DNA of 32,000 nucleotides from the NCBI RefSeq assembly GCF_019969585.1, contig NZ_CP081782.1; one strand, 5' to 3'. The notes beneath the pieces were generated by a model. That model worked only from the letters and a program-made list of their open reading frames with translations, searched no databases and was not told where the DNA came from. The DNA comes from Escherichia coli. GTDB lineage: Bacteria; Pseudomonadota; Gammaproteobacteria; Enterobacterales; Enterobacteriaceae. The first letter of the stretch is position 1. Every line of letters starts with the position of its first letter. Positions 31,853 through 32,000 of the stretch are shown piece by piece. The translations under genes and the position numbers were made by a program.

Positions 31853-32000
31853 TTTTCCCTCTGCATACTGTTTTGTCGTTTATGTATGCAGGCATGATAG
31901 CAAAAATGGCGAGGATGGCTCTGTTTGCGCCACGCCGATTTTTCTTAGCCCAGACTGGTGAGCTAAATATCTTTAATAAACAGCAGGCAAATCATCGCAA

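Overview
I recognise this window as Escherichia coli-type core chromosome, the cbrA-ibpAB-yidE-glv-yidLKJ-emrD-tisB/istR-ilvBN-uhpABCT-ade-nepI-nlpA-yicL segment, in reverse orientation relative to MG1655 as I recall it. Identification rests on my recognition of the translated proteins and classic regulatory motifs; no database search was possible. About 35 protein genes can be placed. Many ORF-track starts needed trimming to SD-preceded internal ATGs. The window also holds the type I toxin-antitoxin pair tisAB/IstR with its LexA box, the ivbL leader and attenuator, two ROSE-like RNA thermometers, a sigma32 promoter, the uhpT promoter (CAP site, UhpA inverted repeat, -10), a CreB cre-tag, REP elements and several intrinsic terminators. 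I found no rRNA, tRNA, IS or transposon, prophage, integrase, CRISPR array or recognisable defence island, and I cannot honestly point to a clear novel system. The observations most worth follow-up are these. (1) The GntR/HutC regulator yidP is destroyed by an out-of-frame internal deletion, while the adjacent glv alpha-glucoside PTS operon (fused EIICB plus GH4 6-phospho-alpha-glucosidase) is fully intact. As I recall, K-12 shows the reciprocal state. (2) The poorly understood yidL / yidK-yidJ / yidI / yidH-yidG-yidF cluster has an AraC regulator, a Na+/solute symporter translationally coupled to a signal-peptide-less Cys-type sulfatase, a pair of DUF202 membrane paralogues, and only the C-terminal remnant of a radical-SAM sulfatase maturase. 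(3) A near-consensus CRP site lies in the AT-rich ade/adeQ divergent region. (4) A perfect 12-bp inverted repeat sequesters the yicN start codon.
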